Source of the DNA: an uncultured Pseudomonadota bacterium | GTDB taxonomy: Bacteria; Myxococcota_A; UBA796; SXON01 | Assembly: GCA_903959175.1 (NCBI GenBank) | Contig: CAJBVW010000056.1 | Coordinates: 42,478 to 106,477, forward strand | Length of the DNA stretch: 64,000 nt | Direction of reading: 5' to 3' | In this document: positions 35,718 to 45,045 of the stretch, piece after piece | How the letters are laid out: each line of letters starts with the position of its first letter | Position numbering within the stretch: position 1 is the stretch's first letter | Program-made: the position numbers and the translations under genes | Notes under the pieces: model-generated | What the model was told of the DNA's origin: nothing | The model's input: only the letters and a program-made list of their open reading frames with translations | Database searches by the model: none

Positions 35718-38700
35718 GTGACCGCCTACCCCCGGCGCGCAACGCGCGGTATCGAGCACGGCTTCGAGTCCCTCTCAATCGAGGGCGGGCTCCTGGCGCC
35801 CGCGTGGCTCGCCCGCGTGGCGCAGCTTTCGGCGGACGCCCAGCGGGAAGCCGACTACCGCGTTCCGAAGGGGCTGCAGCTCCGCGACGAGATCGGGCGG
35901 TACTGGCGCATCGCCCAGGCGCACTGGTTCGAGTTCACGGCGGGCCGGTCTGGCAAGGGGGATGCCCGCGCCCTTTCCGAGCGCTTCGTCCTTGGGTTGT
36001 TGAGGGATGCCTTCGGCTTCGGCACGCTCGTCCCGATCGAGCCCGCTGCTCTTGGGGCAGGGGGCTGGCCGCCCCCCGCAACGCCCCCCGCTCCCTCCGC
36101 GCGGCCCTTTCCGGTCGCCCACGCCGCCCTCTCCGGGCGAGTCCCCGTTGTGATCGCCCCCGCGGGAAGTGGGCTCGATGCGCTCTCTCCGGCATTCGGC
36201 GACGGCGTCCGGCGCCGGAGCGCGTTCGGCCTCGCACAGGAGTTCCTCAACGAGCGGGATGGCACACTGTGGGGCGTCGTCAGCGACGGCCTCACGCTCC
36301 GCCTCGTGCGGGACAACGCCAGCCTCACTCGCCCGGCGTGGATCGAGGCCGACCTCGCGCGGCTGTTCACGGAGGAGCGCTACGCCGACTTCGCGGCCCT
36401 CTGGTTGCTTGCACACGAGTCGCGCTTCGGTCGAGCCGACCAGCCGGTTGCCGACTGTGCGCTCGAGGTCTGGCGCAACGCCGGCCGGGAGCAGGGCACT
36501 CGCGCGCGCGAGCAACTCCGCCGCGGCGTGGAGGAAGCGGTAGCGGCGCTCGGGCAGGGGTTCGTCGCACACCCGCAAAACGCCGCGTTGCGCGCCGCGC
36601 TGGAGCGCGGTGACCTCTCCAGCGAGGGCTTGTTCCAACAGCTCCTGCGGTTGGTGTACCGGCTCATCTTCCTGATCACCGTCGAGGAGCGCGAGCTGCT
36701 CCATGCCCCGGCGGTCGCTGGCCCGGTGCGGCGGCTCTATGCCGACGGCTACGGACTTCGCCGCTTGCGGGAGCGGGCCGTGCGACGGAGCGCCCACGAC
36801 CGGCACGCGGACCTTTGGGAGGGCGTCAAGGTCGTGCTCTGCGGGCTCGCGGGCGGCGAGCCGCGCCTCGGGTTGCCCGCACTGGCAGGTATATTCGCGC
36901 CTGAGGAAACCCCCGCTCTGGATGGGGCGAAGCTGGAGAATCGCGCGCTCCTCCTCGCGCTCTTCAAGCTCTGCTGGCTCAAGGAGAGCGCCGGCCTTGC
37001 GCGCGTGAACTGGCGAGACATGGGCCCCGAGGAACTCGGAAGCGTCTACGAGAGCCTTTTGGAGCTGCTTCCGGTCGTGTCGCTCGCCACCCGCACGTTC
37101 GGCTTCGCCGCGCAGGACGACGCGCGGGGAAACGCCAGGAAGAACACCGGCAGCTACTACACGCCCGACAGCCTCGTGCAGGCCCTGCTCGACACGGCGC
37201 TGGAGCCCCTGGTGCGAGAAACAGTTGCCGCAAACCCGGGGAAACCCGCGGCCGCTCTCCTTGAACTCGCCATCATCGACCCAGCCTGCGGCTCGGGCCA
37301 TTTCCTGCTCGCGGCCGCGCGCCGGTTGGCGGCGCATGTGGCGCGCCTCGAGGCCGACGGAACGCCCTCTGCCGCCGAGTACCGGCGCGCGCTTCGGAAG
37401 GTGGTCGGGAGCTGCATCTACGGCGTCGACCTCAACCCCATGGCTGTCGAGCTCTGCAAGGTGGCGCTGTGGATGGAGGCCGTCGAGCCCGGCCTGCCGC
37501 TCACGTTCCTCGACGCGCACGTCCGGCACGGGAATGCGCTGCTCGGCGCCACGCCGGACCTCCTCGTCCGCGGCATCCCCGACGAGGCGTGGGAGCCGCT
37601 CGAAGGGGACGACAAGCAGGTCGCAAGAACGCTCAAGAAGCGCAACAACCTGGAAGCGAGCGGGCAGACGACCCTCTCTGCGCTGTGGGGCGCCGCGGCC
37701 GCCGAAGACGACGCCATCAGCCGCGGGATGCATGCGGTGGAAGCCGCCGGAGACGAGGACCGGGAGGCCCTGGCCACCAAGCAGCGCCGTTGGGCGGGGT
37801 TCCTGGAGTCCAGTGAGTACCAGCGCGCGCGCCGACTGGCGGACGCCTGGTGCGCCGCGTTTGTCTGGCCGAAGCAGGCCGGGGAGGAGGCGGAGGCCGC
37901 GCCCACGATGGCGGTCTGGCGCGGGCTCCGGGACGCGAAACGGCCAGTTCCAGCCACCACCGCCACCATCGTGGAGCGGCTCCGCGAGCAGTACCAGTTC
38001 TTTCACTGGCACCTCGCATTTCCGCGCGTTTTCGCCCGCGGCGGCTTCGACGTCGTCCTTGGCAACCCCCCCTACCTCAACCAGCTTGAGACGGACACGG
38101 CAGTAGGGCGCGGGGTCCGCCGGCTCCTCTCGGTGAAGTTCGGCGAGGTCAAGCAGCCCTACACCGATCTCGCGACGCTCTTCATGGTCGCGGGGCAGTC
38201 CCTGCTTCGCCCCGGCGGACGCGAGGCCCTCGTCCACCCGCTCGCGCTCTTCGCCGCGCAGGACGCCGGCCCCGCGCGCCGCCGCCTCGCCCAGAACGGT
38301 TCGATCGAGAGCATCTGGCTCACCACCGAGCACATCTTCCCGTCGGCTTCCGTCTTCGTGTGCGCGGTCTGCATTCGGAAGGGCGGCCCGCGCAGCGGTG
38401 CCGCCGTTCGCAAGCACTCGAACGCCTTCATCTCCGCCGAGCCGATCCCGGTCGACATGGACCACCTCGCCGACGAGCCCACCTGGGGAGAGCTCATCGC
38501 CGACCTCATCGGGGTGCCCCGCGTGCGCCTTCCGGGCACGCAGCGGGTGCGGGATCTCGCGGGGGTCACCGCCGACTTCCGCGATCAGTTCTATGGCCTC
38601 ATCCCATATGTGGTCGAAGACGGGCCGGGCACCGCGGACGCCGAGTATCCGCCGCTCGTCATCACCGGGCTCATCGATCCTGCCGTGTGCCTCTGGGGCA

Positions 38701-39254
38701 GCCGAAGCTGCAAGTTCGGGAAGAAGAAGTGGGAGCGGCCGCGCGTCGACCTCCGCCGCCTTGTTGCGGAGAGCCCCCTCGCGGCATGGGCAAGCGGACG
38801 ACTTACACCCAAGATTGTGGTCGCGACGCAATCCAAGGTGATCGAGGCGTTCGCCGACCCCACCGGGCGCGTCATCAACACGGTCCCGACGCTGACGGTC
38901 ACGCCGAAGCGGAGTGAGGATCTCTGGCGGCTGCTGGCCGTGCTCTTGGCTCCCCCGGTGTCCGCGTGGGCGCTCGGCCGCTACGCGGGCACAGCGTTGT
39001 CGATCAGCGCCATCAAGCTCAGCGCGGAGCAGGCCGGGCTCGTGCCGCTCCCGACGGCAACCGGCCCTTGGGAACGCGCGGCGGCGTCTGTCCAGCGGGC
39101 GTCGGAGACAGCGGACGATGCAGCCCGGGAGGCGCACCTGTTCAAAGCGGGCGCGCTCATGTGCGACGCCTATGAGGTGGCGCGCGAGCCGGTATTGTCG
39201 TGGTGGCGGGAACGGTACGCGGGAACGCCCGCCGATACAGAGGAGGGGACATGA
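35718..39254 (+). CDS. drmMI: N6-adenine DNA methyltransferase, Eco57I/type IIG-like (DISARM DrmMI-like), paralog 1
   Basis: 1178 aa. Motifs GSYYTPDSLV, SAM-binding IIDPACGSGHFLL, IYGVDLNPMAVELCKVALW, catalytic VVLGNPPYLNQ. Confidence 0.8.
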   Translation: MTAYPRRATRGIEHGFESLSIEGGLLAPAWLARVAQLSADAQREADYRVPKGLQLRDEIGRYWRIAQAHWFEFTAGRSGKGDARALSERFVLGLLRDAFGFGTLVPIEPAALGAGGWPPPATPPAPSARPFPVAHAALSGRVPVVIAPAGSGLDALSPAFGDGVRRRSAFGLAQEFLNERDGTLWGVVSDGLTLRLVRDNASLTRPAWIEADLARLFTEERYADFAALWLLAHESRFGRADQPVADCALEVWRNAGREQGTRAREQLRRGVEEAVAALGQGFVAHPQNAALRAALERGDLSSEGLFQQLLRLVYRLIFLITVEERELLHAPAVAGPVRRLYADGYGLRRLRERAVRRSAHDRHADLWEGVKVVLCGLAGGEPRLGLPALAGIFAPEETPALDGAKLENRALLLALFKLCWLKESAGLARVNWRDMGPEELGSVYESLLELLPVVSLATRTFGFAAQDDARGNARKNTGSYYTPDSLVQALLDTALEPLVRETVAANPGKPAAALLELAIIDPACGSGHFLLAAARRLAAHVARLEADGTPSAAEYRRALRKVVGSCIYGVDLNPMAVELCKVALWMEAVEPGLPLTFLDAHVRHGNALLGATPDLLVRGIPDEAWEPLEGDDKQVARTLKKRNNLEASGQTTLSALWGAAAAEDDAISRGMHAVEAAGDEDREALATKQRRWAGFLESSEYQRARRLADAWCAAFVWPKQAGEEAEAAPTMAVWRGLRDAKRPVPATTATIVERLREQYQFFHWHLAFPRVFARGGFDVVLGNPPYLNQLETDTAVGRGVRRLLSVKFGEVKQPYTDLATLFMVAGQSLLRPGGREALVHPLALFAAQDAGPARRRLAQNGSIESIWLTTEHIFPSASVFVCAVCIRKGGPRSGAAVRKHSNAFISAEPIPVDMDHLADEPTWGELIADLIGVPRVRLPGTQRVRDLAGVTADFRDQFYGLIPYVVEDGPGTADAEYPPLVITGLIDPAVCLWGSRSCKFGKKKWERPRVDLRRLVAESPLAAWASGRLTPKIVVATQSKVIEAFADPTGRVINTVPTLTVTPKRSEDLWRLLAVLLAPPVSAWALGRYAGTALSISAIKLSAEQAGLVPLPTATGPWERAAASVQRASETADDAAREAHLFKAGALMCDAYEVAREPVLSWWRERYAGTPADTEEGT
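35763..38075 (+). repeat. Copy 1 of a ~2.3-kb diverged direct repeat (shared 5' parts of the two methyltransferase genes)
   Basis: Protein and DNA are collinear with 39296-41566. Similarity is highest up to about 37617 (for example ggagctgcatctacgg..gtggcgctgtggatggagg in both copies). Confidence 0.8.
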
Positions 39255-42200
39255 CGGCGAAGCGCTCGACTCGCAGGAAGGAAGCCCAGCTCGCCTTCGA
39301 AGCCCTCTCCATCGAGGGCGCCCTACTCGCCCCCGAGTGGCTCGCCCGCGTCTCCCAGCTCGCCGTGGCCGGCCAGGGCGAGTCCGACTACCGCGTACCG
39401 AAGGGTCTCAACCTCCGCGACGAGATTGGCCGCTACTGGCGCGTGGCCCAGGCGCACTGGTCCGAGTTCGCCGCCGGGCGCGCCGCGAAGGGGGACGCAC
39501 GCGCCCTGTCCGAGCGGTTCGTGCTCGGGTTATTGAAGGATGCCCTGGGCTTCGGCTCGTTGGTGTTGGTAGATTCTCAGGCTCATGGGGCAGGGGGCTC
39601 GCCGCCCGCCGCTCCCTCCGAGCGGCTTTTTCCCGTCGGTCACACCGCCATCGGCGGGCGCGTCCCCGTCGTGATCGCGCCCGCCGGCAGCGGCCTCGAC
39701 ACGCTCGCGCCAGCGTTCGGCGACGGCGTGCGGCGCCGCAGCGCCTTCGGCCTCGCCCAGGAATTCCTCAACGCCCAGGATGGCGCCTTGTGGGGCGTCG
39801 CGTCCGACGGTGTCACGCTCCGCATCCTGCGCGACAACGCGAGCCTCACCCGCCCCGCATGGATCGAGGCCGACCTGGCGCGTTTGTTCACCGAGGAGCT
39901 CTACGCCGACTTCGCCGCGCTCTGGCTCCTTGCACATGAGTCGCGGTTCGGACGGCCGGACCAGCCTGTGGCCGAGTGCGCGCTCGAGGCTTGGCGCCTC
40001 GCGGGCCAGGAGCAGGGCACCCGCGCCCGCGATCACCTCCGTCGGGGCGTGGAGGATGCCGTTCGTGCGCTCGGGCAGGGCTTCGTCGCGCACCCGCAGA
40101 ACACCGCGCTCCGGGCCGCGCTGGAGAGCGGGGAGCTCACCAAGGAGCAGCTCTTCCAGCAGCTCCTGCGGCTGGTGTACCGGCTCATCTTCCTGCTCAC
40201 GGTGGAGGAGCGCGAGCTCCTCCATCCGCCCGGCGTCCTCGACGCCACGCGTCGCTTGTACGCCGAGGGCTACAGCCTCCGACGCCTGCGCGAGCGCGCG
40301 GTGCGTCGCAGCGCGCACGACCGGCACGCCGACCTCTGGGAAGGAGCGAAGATCGTGCTCGGGGGCCTCGCCGCGGGTGAGCCGCGCCTCGGCCTCCCCG
40401 CGCTCGCCGGGATCTACACGGAGGACCAGTGCCCCGCGCTCGACGCCGCGAAGCTGGAGAATCGCGCGCTTCTACTCGCGATGTTCAAGCTCTCCTGGCT
40501 CAAGGAGAGCACTGGGCTCTCCCGCGTCAATTGGCGCGACATGGGCCCGGAGGAGCTCGGGAGCGTCTACGAGAGCCTTTTGGAGCTGGTGCCCGTGGTG
40601 TCCCTCGCCACGCGGTCGTTCGGGTTCGCTACCGGCGGAGAGACGAAGGGAAACGCGCGGAAGACCACCGGAAGCTACTACACCCCCGACAGCCTCGTCC
40701 AGGTGCTGCTCGAGAGCGCCCTCGAGCCCGTCGTGCGCGACACCATCGCCGCCAACCCCGCCCGGCCCGCGGCCGCGCTGCTCAAGCTCGCCATCGTGGA
40801 CCCCGCGTGCGGGTCGGGGCACTTCCTGCTCTCCGCAGCACGCCGCCTCGCCGCGCATGTGGCACGGCTCGAAGTGAACGGCACGCCCTCGGCCGCCGAG
40901 TACCGCCGCGCGCTCCGCAAGGTGGTCGGGAGCTGCATCTACGGGGTCGATCTGAACCCGATGGCGGTCGAGCTGTGCAAGGTGGCGCTGTGGATGGAGG
41001 CGGTGGAGCCCGGGCTCCCGCTCACCTTCCTCGACGCGCATGTGCGGCACGGCAACGCTCTGCTTGGCGCCACGCCCGACCTCATCGCCAAGGGCATCCC
41101 GGATGAGGCCTGGAACCCCATCGAGGGCGACGACAAGGCGGTGGCGAAGGATCTGAAGAAGCGCAACAAAACCGGCCAGATGCCGCTCTTTGGCACCGCG
41201 GCCGCGGCGTTGTTGGAGGCGCCCTCCGCCGCGTTCGAGGCCGAGGACGACGGCACGCTCGACGGGCTCTCGCGCAAGGAGCGGCGTTACCGCGAGTGGC
41301 TCGCGGAGTCGCAGGACGCCCGCCTGATCGCGGACGTGTGGTGCGCGGCGTTCGTGTGGCCGAAGCAGCCGGGCGAGGCCGAGCAGGCGGCGCCGGTGAA
41401 GGCGCTCTGGCGCGTTATCCGCGACAACCCGTGCAGCATCCCCGACGCGACGAGGCGGATCACGTCGGACCTGGTCGAGCAGTACCGGTTCTTCCACTGG
41501 CAGGTGGAGTTTCCGGAGGTGTTCAAGCGGGGCGGGTTCGACGTGGTGTTGGGGAACCCTCCTTGGGAGCGGGTGAAGTTGCAGGAGCAGGAGTTCTTCG
41601 CGCCTCGCAGCGAGGAGATCGCGAAGGCCGCGAACGCAGCGGCGCGAAAGAAGCTCATCGCGAAGCTTCCCGATCTCGATCCGCCGCTCTGGCGGGAGTG
41701 GTGCGAGGCGAGCCGGGAGGCAGAGGGGCAGAGCTTCTTCGTGCGGGAGAGCGGGCGGTATCCGTTGTGCGGGAAGGGGGACGTGAACACGTATGCCTTG
41801 TTCGCGGAGCACAATCGGAACGTCCTCGGGCAGAACGGACGTGCGGGGTTCCTTACTCCTCCCGGACTCGCAACCGACGACACTACCAAGGCCTATTTCC
41901 AGGCGATCACTGCGGGCGCTGCCTTGGTGAGTCTGTATGAATTTGAGAACGAGGAGTTTCTCTTCCCAGGCATCGATCATCGCGTGCGATTCATCGTAAT
42001 CACGGTCACAGGCGCGGCCGGAATCGTCTCGGCCGCGGACTTGGCGTTCGGGTTGCGGCGCGTGACCGCCCTTGCAGATTCGGCGCGGCATGTGAGCTTG
42101 TCGCCGCCCGACTTCGCGCTGGTAAATCCCAATACTCGTACTTGCCCCACGTTTCGGTCTCGCCGCGACGCGGACATCAACCTCGCAATCTACCGCCGCT

Positions 42201-43210
42201 CCGGGGTGTTGTGGCGGGAGGACACGCCTGGCGGCAATGCATGGGGCCTGAAGTTCATGGCCATGTTGCACATGGCCAACGACTCCGGAGTATTTCGCAA
42301 GCGTGGCGAGTTCGAAGGCGGAGCGCAGCTTCCGCTCGTAGAGGCCAAGATGGTCCACCACTTTGACCATCGCTTCGGGACCTACGAGGGACAGTCCACG
42401 GGGGGCGCGAACCAGGGCAAGCTCCCTGAGTTTGACGACGCCGCCCACACCGACCCTGATCGGCTCACACTCCCCGACTATTGGGTTCCCGAGTACGAGG
42501 TCGCCGACCGGCTATCTGGGCGCTGGTCTCGTGGCTGGCTGCTGGGTTGGCGGGACATCTGCAGGAGCACGGATCAACGCACCGTCATCGCGTCCTTGCT
42601 CCCACGCGCTGCGGTCGGCCACACCACCCCGTTGATGTTCCCAGACGCGGCTCCGCGAACCATCGCGTGTTTGTACGGAAATCTCTGTGGCTTGGCGCTC
42701 GACTACACTGCGCGGCAGAAAGTGGGTGGAACCCATCTCACCTACGGCTACCTCAAGCAACTCCCCGTCCTCTTCCCCGACACCTACGCGGCCCCCACCC
42801 CCTGGCACCGCGGCGTCACCCTCCTCGACTGGATCCTCCTCCGCGTCCTCGAGCTAACCTACACAGCTTGGGATCTCGAGCCCTTCGGCAAGGACGTGGG
42901 CTACGACGGCCCGCCGTTCCGATGGGATCCCGCTCGGAGGTTCCTTCTCCGCGCCGAGCTCGACGCCGCGTTCTTCCACCTCTACGGACTCTCCCGCGAC
43001 GACACCGACTACATCCTCGACACCTTCCCCATCGTCCGCAAGCACGACGAGAAGGCCCACGGCGAGTACCGCACCAAGCGCGTGATCCTGGAGGTGTACG
43101 ACGCCATGGCCGAGGCCACCCGATCCGGCACGCCCTACGTGACCCGCCTCGATCCCCCGCCCGCCGATCCGCGCGTCGCCCATCCGCCGCGCCCCGAGCC
43201 CGCGTCATGA
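39251..43210 (+). CDS. N6-adenine DNA methyltransferase paralog 2 (NPPW type, different C-terminal region)
   Basis: Start ATG 39251 (ATGA overlap; SD AGGAGGGG at 39241-39248); 1319 aa. It shares the N-terminal ~785 aa with paralog 1. After VVLGNPPWERVKLQEQEFF the sequence is unrelated to paralog 1. Confidence 0.8.
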   Translation: MTAKRSTRRKEAQLAFEALSIEGALLAPEWLARVSQLAVAGQGESDYRVPKGLNLRDEIGRYWRVAQAHWSEFAAGRAAKGDARALSERFVLGLLKDALGFGSLVLVDSQAHGAGGSPPAAPSERLFPVGHTAIGGRVPVVIAPAGSGLDTLAPAFGDGVRRRSAFGLAQEFLNAQDGALWGVASDGVTLRILRDNASLTRPAWIEADLARLFTEELYADFAALWLLAHESRFGRPDQPVAECALEAWRLAGQEQGTRARDHLRRGVEDAVRALGQGFVAHPQNTALRAALESGELTKEQLFQQLLRLVYRLIFLLTVEERELLHPPGVLDATRRLYAEGYSLRRLRERAVRRSAHDRHADLWEGAKIVLGGLAAGEPRLGLPALAGIYTEDQCPALDAAKLENRALLLAMFKLSWLKESTGLSRVNWRDMGPEELGSVYESLLELVPVVSLATRSFGFATGGETKGNARKTTGSYYTPDSLVQVLLESALEPVVRDTIAANPARPAAALLKLAIVDPACGSGHFLLSAARRLAAHVARLEVNGTPSAAEYRRALRKVVGSCIYGVDLNPMAVELCKVALWMEAVEPGLPLTFLDAHVRHGNALLGATPDLIAKGIPDEAWNPIEGDDKAVAKDLKKRNKTGQMPLFGTAAAALLEAPSAAFEAEDDGTLDGLSRKERRYREWLAESQDARLIADVWCAAFVWPKQPGEAEQAAPVKALWRVIRDNPCSIPDATRRITSDLVEQYRFFHWQVEFPEVFKRGGFDVVLGNPPWERVKLQEQEFFAPRSEEIAKAANAAARKKLIAKLPDLDPPLWREWCEASREAEGQSFFVRESGRYPLCGKGDVNTYALFAEHNRNVLGQNGRAGFLTPPGLATDDTTKAYFQAITAGAALVSLYEFENEEFLFPGIDHRVRFIVITVTGAAGIVSAADLAFGLRRVTALADSARHVSLSPPDFALVNPNTRTCPTFRSRRDADINLAIYRRSGVLWREDTPGGNAWGLKFMAMLHMANDSGVFRKRGEFEGGAQLPLVEAKMVHHFDHRFGTYEGQSTGGANQGKLPEFDDAAHTDPDRLTLPDYWVPEYEVADRLSGRWSRGWLLGWRDICRSTDQRTVIASLLPRAAVGHTTPLMFPDAAPRTIACLYGNLCGLALDYTARQKVGGTHLTYGYLKQLPVLFPDTYAAPTPWHRGVTLLDWILLRVLELTYTAWDLEPFGKDVGYDGPPFRWDPARRFLLRAELDAAFFHLYGLSRDDTDYILDTFPIVRKHDEKAHGEYRTKRVILEVYDAMAEATRSGTPYVTRLDPPPADPRVAHPPRPEPAS
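39296..41566 (+). repeat. Copy 2 of the ~2.3-kb diverged direct repeat
   Basis: See copy 1. The repeat ends at the NPP(Y/W) codons (41555-41566 versus 38064-38075). Confidence 0.8.
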
Positions 43211-44883
43211 GCGAGAGCGACAACGGCGAGGGCCGCCACCTCGACTACAAGTCGCTCCGCAAGGTCACGGGCACCTCGGCGGACTTCCCGAGCCTCGCTC
43301 AGGACTGCGTATGCTTCGCCAACGCCGCGGGCGGGCGCATCCTCGTGGGGATCGAGGACGACGGGTCTCCTCCCGACGCGTCCCAGCGCATCGACCCCGC
43401 GCTCCCCGATCGCCTCCAGAAGCGCATCGGCGAGCTCACGGTCAACGTGCGCGTCCTCACCGAGGTCGCGCGGCACGCCAACGGCGGCGAGTACGTTGTC
43501 CTCACCGTCCTCCGCGCGGGCGGCGTGGCCTCCACCAGCGACGGGCGCTTTTTCGTCCGCATCGGCGACACCTGCCGCCCCGTTGTCGGCGACGAGGTGG
43601 TGCGGCTCCTCGATGAACGCCCCACCGAGCCCTGGGAGACCCTCGCCACGCTGGATGTGCCCCGCGCCCAGGCCGATCCTACCGTGCTCGCGCGCCTCGT
43701 GGCGGGCCTGCGCGCGTCCGACCGCGTGAAGTCCTCCGTAAAGGAGAAGTCGGACGACGAGCTCCTCGCCCACTACACGCTCGTCCGGGCCGGCCGCCTC
43801 ACCAACCTCGGCGTGCTGCTCGTCGGCACCTCCGCGGATCGCGCCCGGCTCGGCACCGCCCCCGTGGTCCAGGCCATCAAGTACGACGAGCGCGGCGCGA
43901 AGGTCGCCAAGTACGTCTGGGACGACCACACGCGCTCCCCGATCGAGCTCGTGGACGCCATCTGGCAGGAGATCGCCGACTTCCGCGAGGCCTACGAGCT
44001 CCCGGTCGGCATGTTCCGCGCCACCATCCCGGCATTCGACGAGGCCGTCATCCGCGAGCTGCTGGTCAACGCGCTCGTCCACCGCCCCTACACCCAGCGC
44101 GGCGACATCTTCTTGAACCTCCACCCGGATCGTCTCGAGGTCGCGAACCCAGGGCGCCTCCCGCTCGGGGTGACGCCCCGGAACGTGCTCCATGCGAGCC
44201 GCCGCCGCAACGACGGCCTGGCCCGCGTCTTCCACGATCTCGGCCTGATGGAGCGGGAGGGGAGCGGGTTCGACCTGATGTACGAGCTGCTCCTTGCGAG
44301 CGGACGTGCGGTGCCCACCGTCACCGAGGGTGTCGACTCCGTGCATGTCACGGTGCCGCGCCGCGTCATGCAGCCCGGCGTCATCCGCCTCCTCGCCGAC
44401 GCGGACCAGCGCCACCAGCTCACCCAGCGGGAGCGCATCACGCTCGCGCTCCTGGCGCAGACCGAGGGGCTCACCGCCCCCGATCTGGTCGAGCGGCTCG
44501 CGCTCGACGACGCCCGCGCGCTCCGCGGCTGGATCGCGCGCCTCTGCGACCTCGGGCTCGTGGCGCAGTCCGGCCGCACCAAGGGCACGCGCTACCATGT
44601 GCCGCCTGAGCTCCTGCGCTCCGTCGGCCTCGACCATGCGACCACGCTCGCCCGCGTCCAGCCGCACCGCCTCCGCGCCCTGGTGCTCGAAGACCTCGAG
44701 CGCTTCCCGGACTCCGGCCGCGGAGACATCCACCGGCGCATCGGCAAGGAGATCCACGAAAAGGCGCTTAGCCGTGCCCTCGAGGAGCTCGTCGTAGGCG
44801 GGCAGGTGCTCGCCGAGGGCGAGCGCCGGTGGCGTCGGTACCGTCTCGCGGCCCCGACCGCTAAAGGACACGAACCGAGCTGA
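43207..44883 (+). CDS. AlbA_2 (Schlafen-like) domain protein with an HATPase_c_4/wHTH C-terminal part ('RecG-like' putative regulator)
   Basis: Start ATG 43207 (ATGA overlap with the MTase-2 stop); 558 aa. AlbA_2 motifs EGRHLDYKS..CFANAAGGRILVGIEDDG. C-terminal motifs IRELLVNALVHRPY..IFLNLHPDRLEVANPGRL, RRRNDGLARVFHDLGLMEREGSGFD, and wHTH-like repeats. Confidence 0.8.
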   Translation: MSESDNGEGRHLDYKSLRKVTGTSADFPSLAQDCVCFANAAGGRILVGIEDDGSPPDASQRIDPALPDRLQKRIGELTVNVRVLTEVARHANGGEYVVLTVLRAGGVASTSDGRFFVRIGDTCRPVVGDEVVRLLDERPTEPWETLATLDVPRAQADPTVLARLVAGLRASDRVKSSVKEKSDDELLAHYTLVRAGRLTNLGVLLVGTSADRARLGTAPVVQAIKYDERGAKVAKYVWDDHTRSPIELVDAIWQEIADFREAYELPVGMFRATIPAFDEAVIRELLVNALVHRPYTQRGDIFLNLHPDRLEVANPGRLPLGVTPRNVLHASRRRNDGLARVFHDLGLMEREGSGFDLMYELLLASGRAVPTVTEGVDSVHVTVPRRVMQPGVIRLLADADQRHQLTQRERITLALLAQTEGLTAPDLVERLALDDARALRGWIARLCDLGLVAQSGRTKGTRYHVPPELLRSVGLDHATTLARVQPHRLRALVLEDLERFPDSGRGDIHRRIGKEIHEKALSRALEELVVGGQVLAEGERRWRRYRLAAPTAKGHEPS

Positions 44884-44989
44884 ATCGAGCCGGTCGATAT
44901 GCGGTCAAGGAAAGCCTTGATTTCACAACAGCGATTTCAAGGACACTGAACACCGATGTCCTTTACCGATCCCTGGCGTGTCCTTTAGC
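44860..44989. promoter_or_regulatory. Cluster of four A(A)AGGACAC motifs (two direct, two inverted) plus small hairpins between the AlbA_2 gene and pycC; candidate operator region
   Basis: gctaaaggacac at 44860-44871 is the perfect reverse complement of gtgtcctttagc at 44978-44989. aaggaca at 44939-44945 pairs with tgtcctt at 44957-44963. There is also a hairpin tcaagg-aaag-ccttga followed by ttt (44905-44923) and a direct repeat gatttca (44919-44925 and 44933-44939). Confidence 0.6.
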
Positions 44990-45045
44990 CACCCGAGAGC
45001 CGACGTGACGCCGACGCGCTGGCTCTGCTATGTTCGGCGCTCGGA

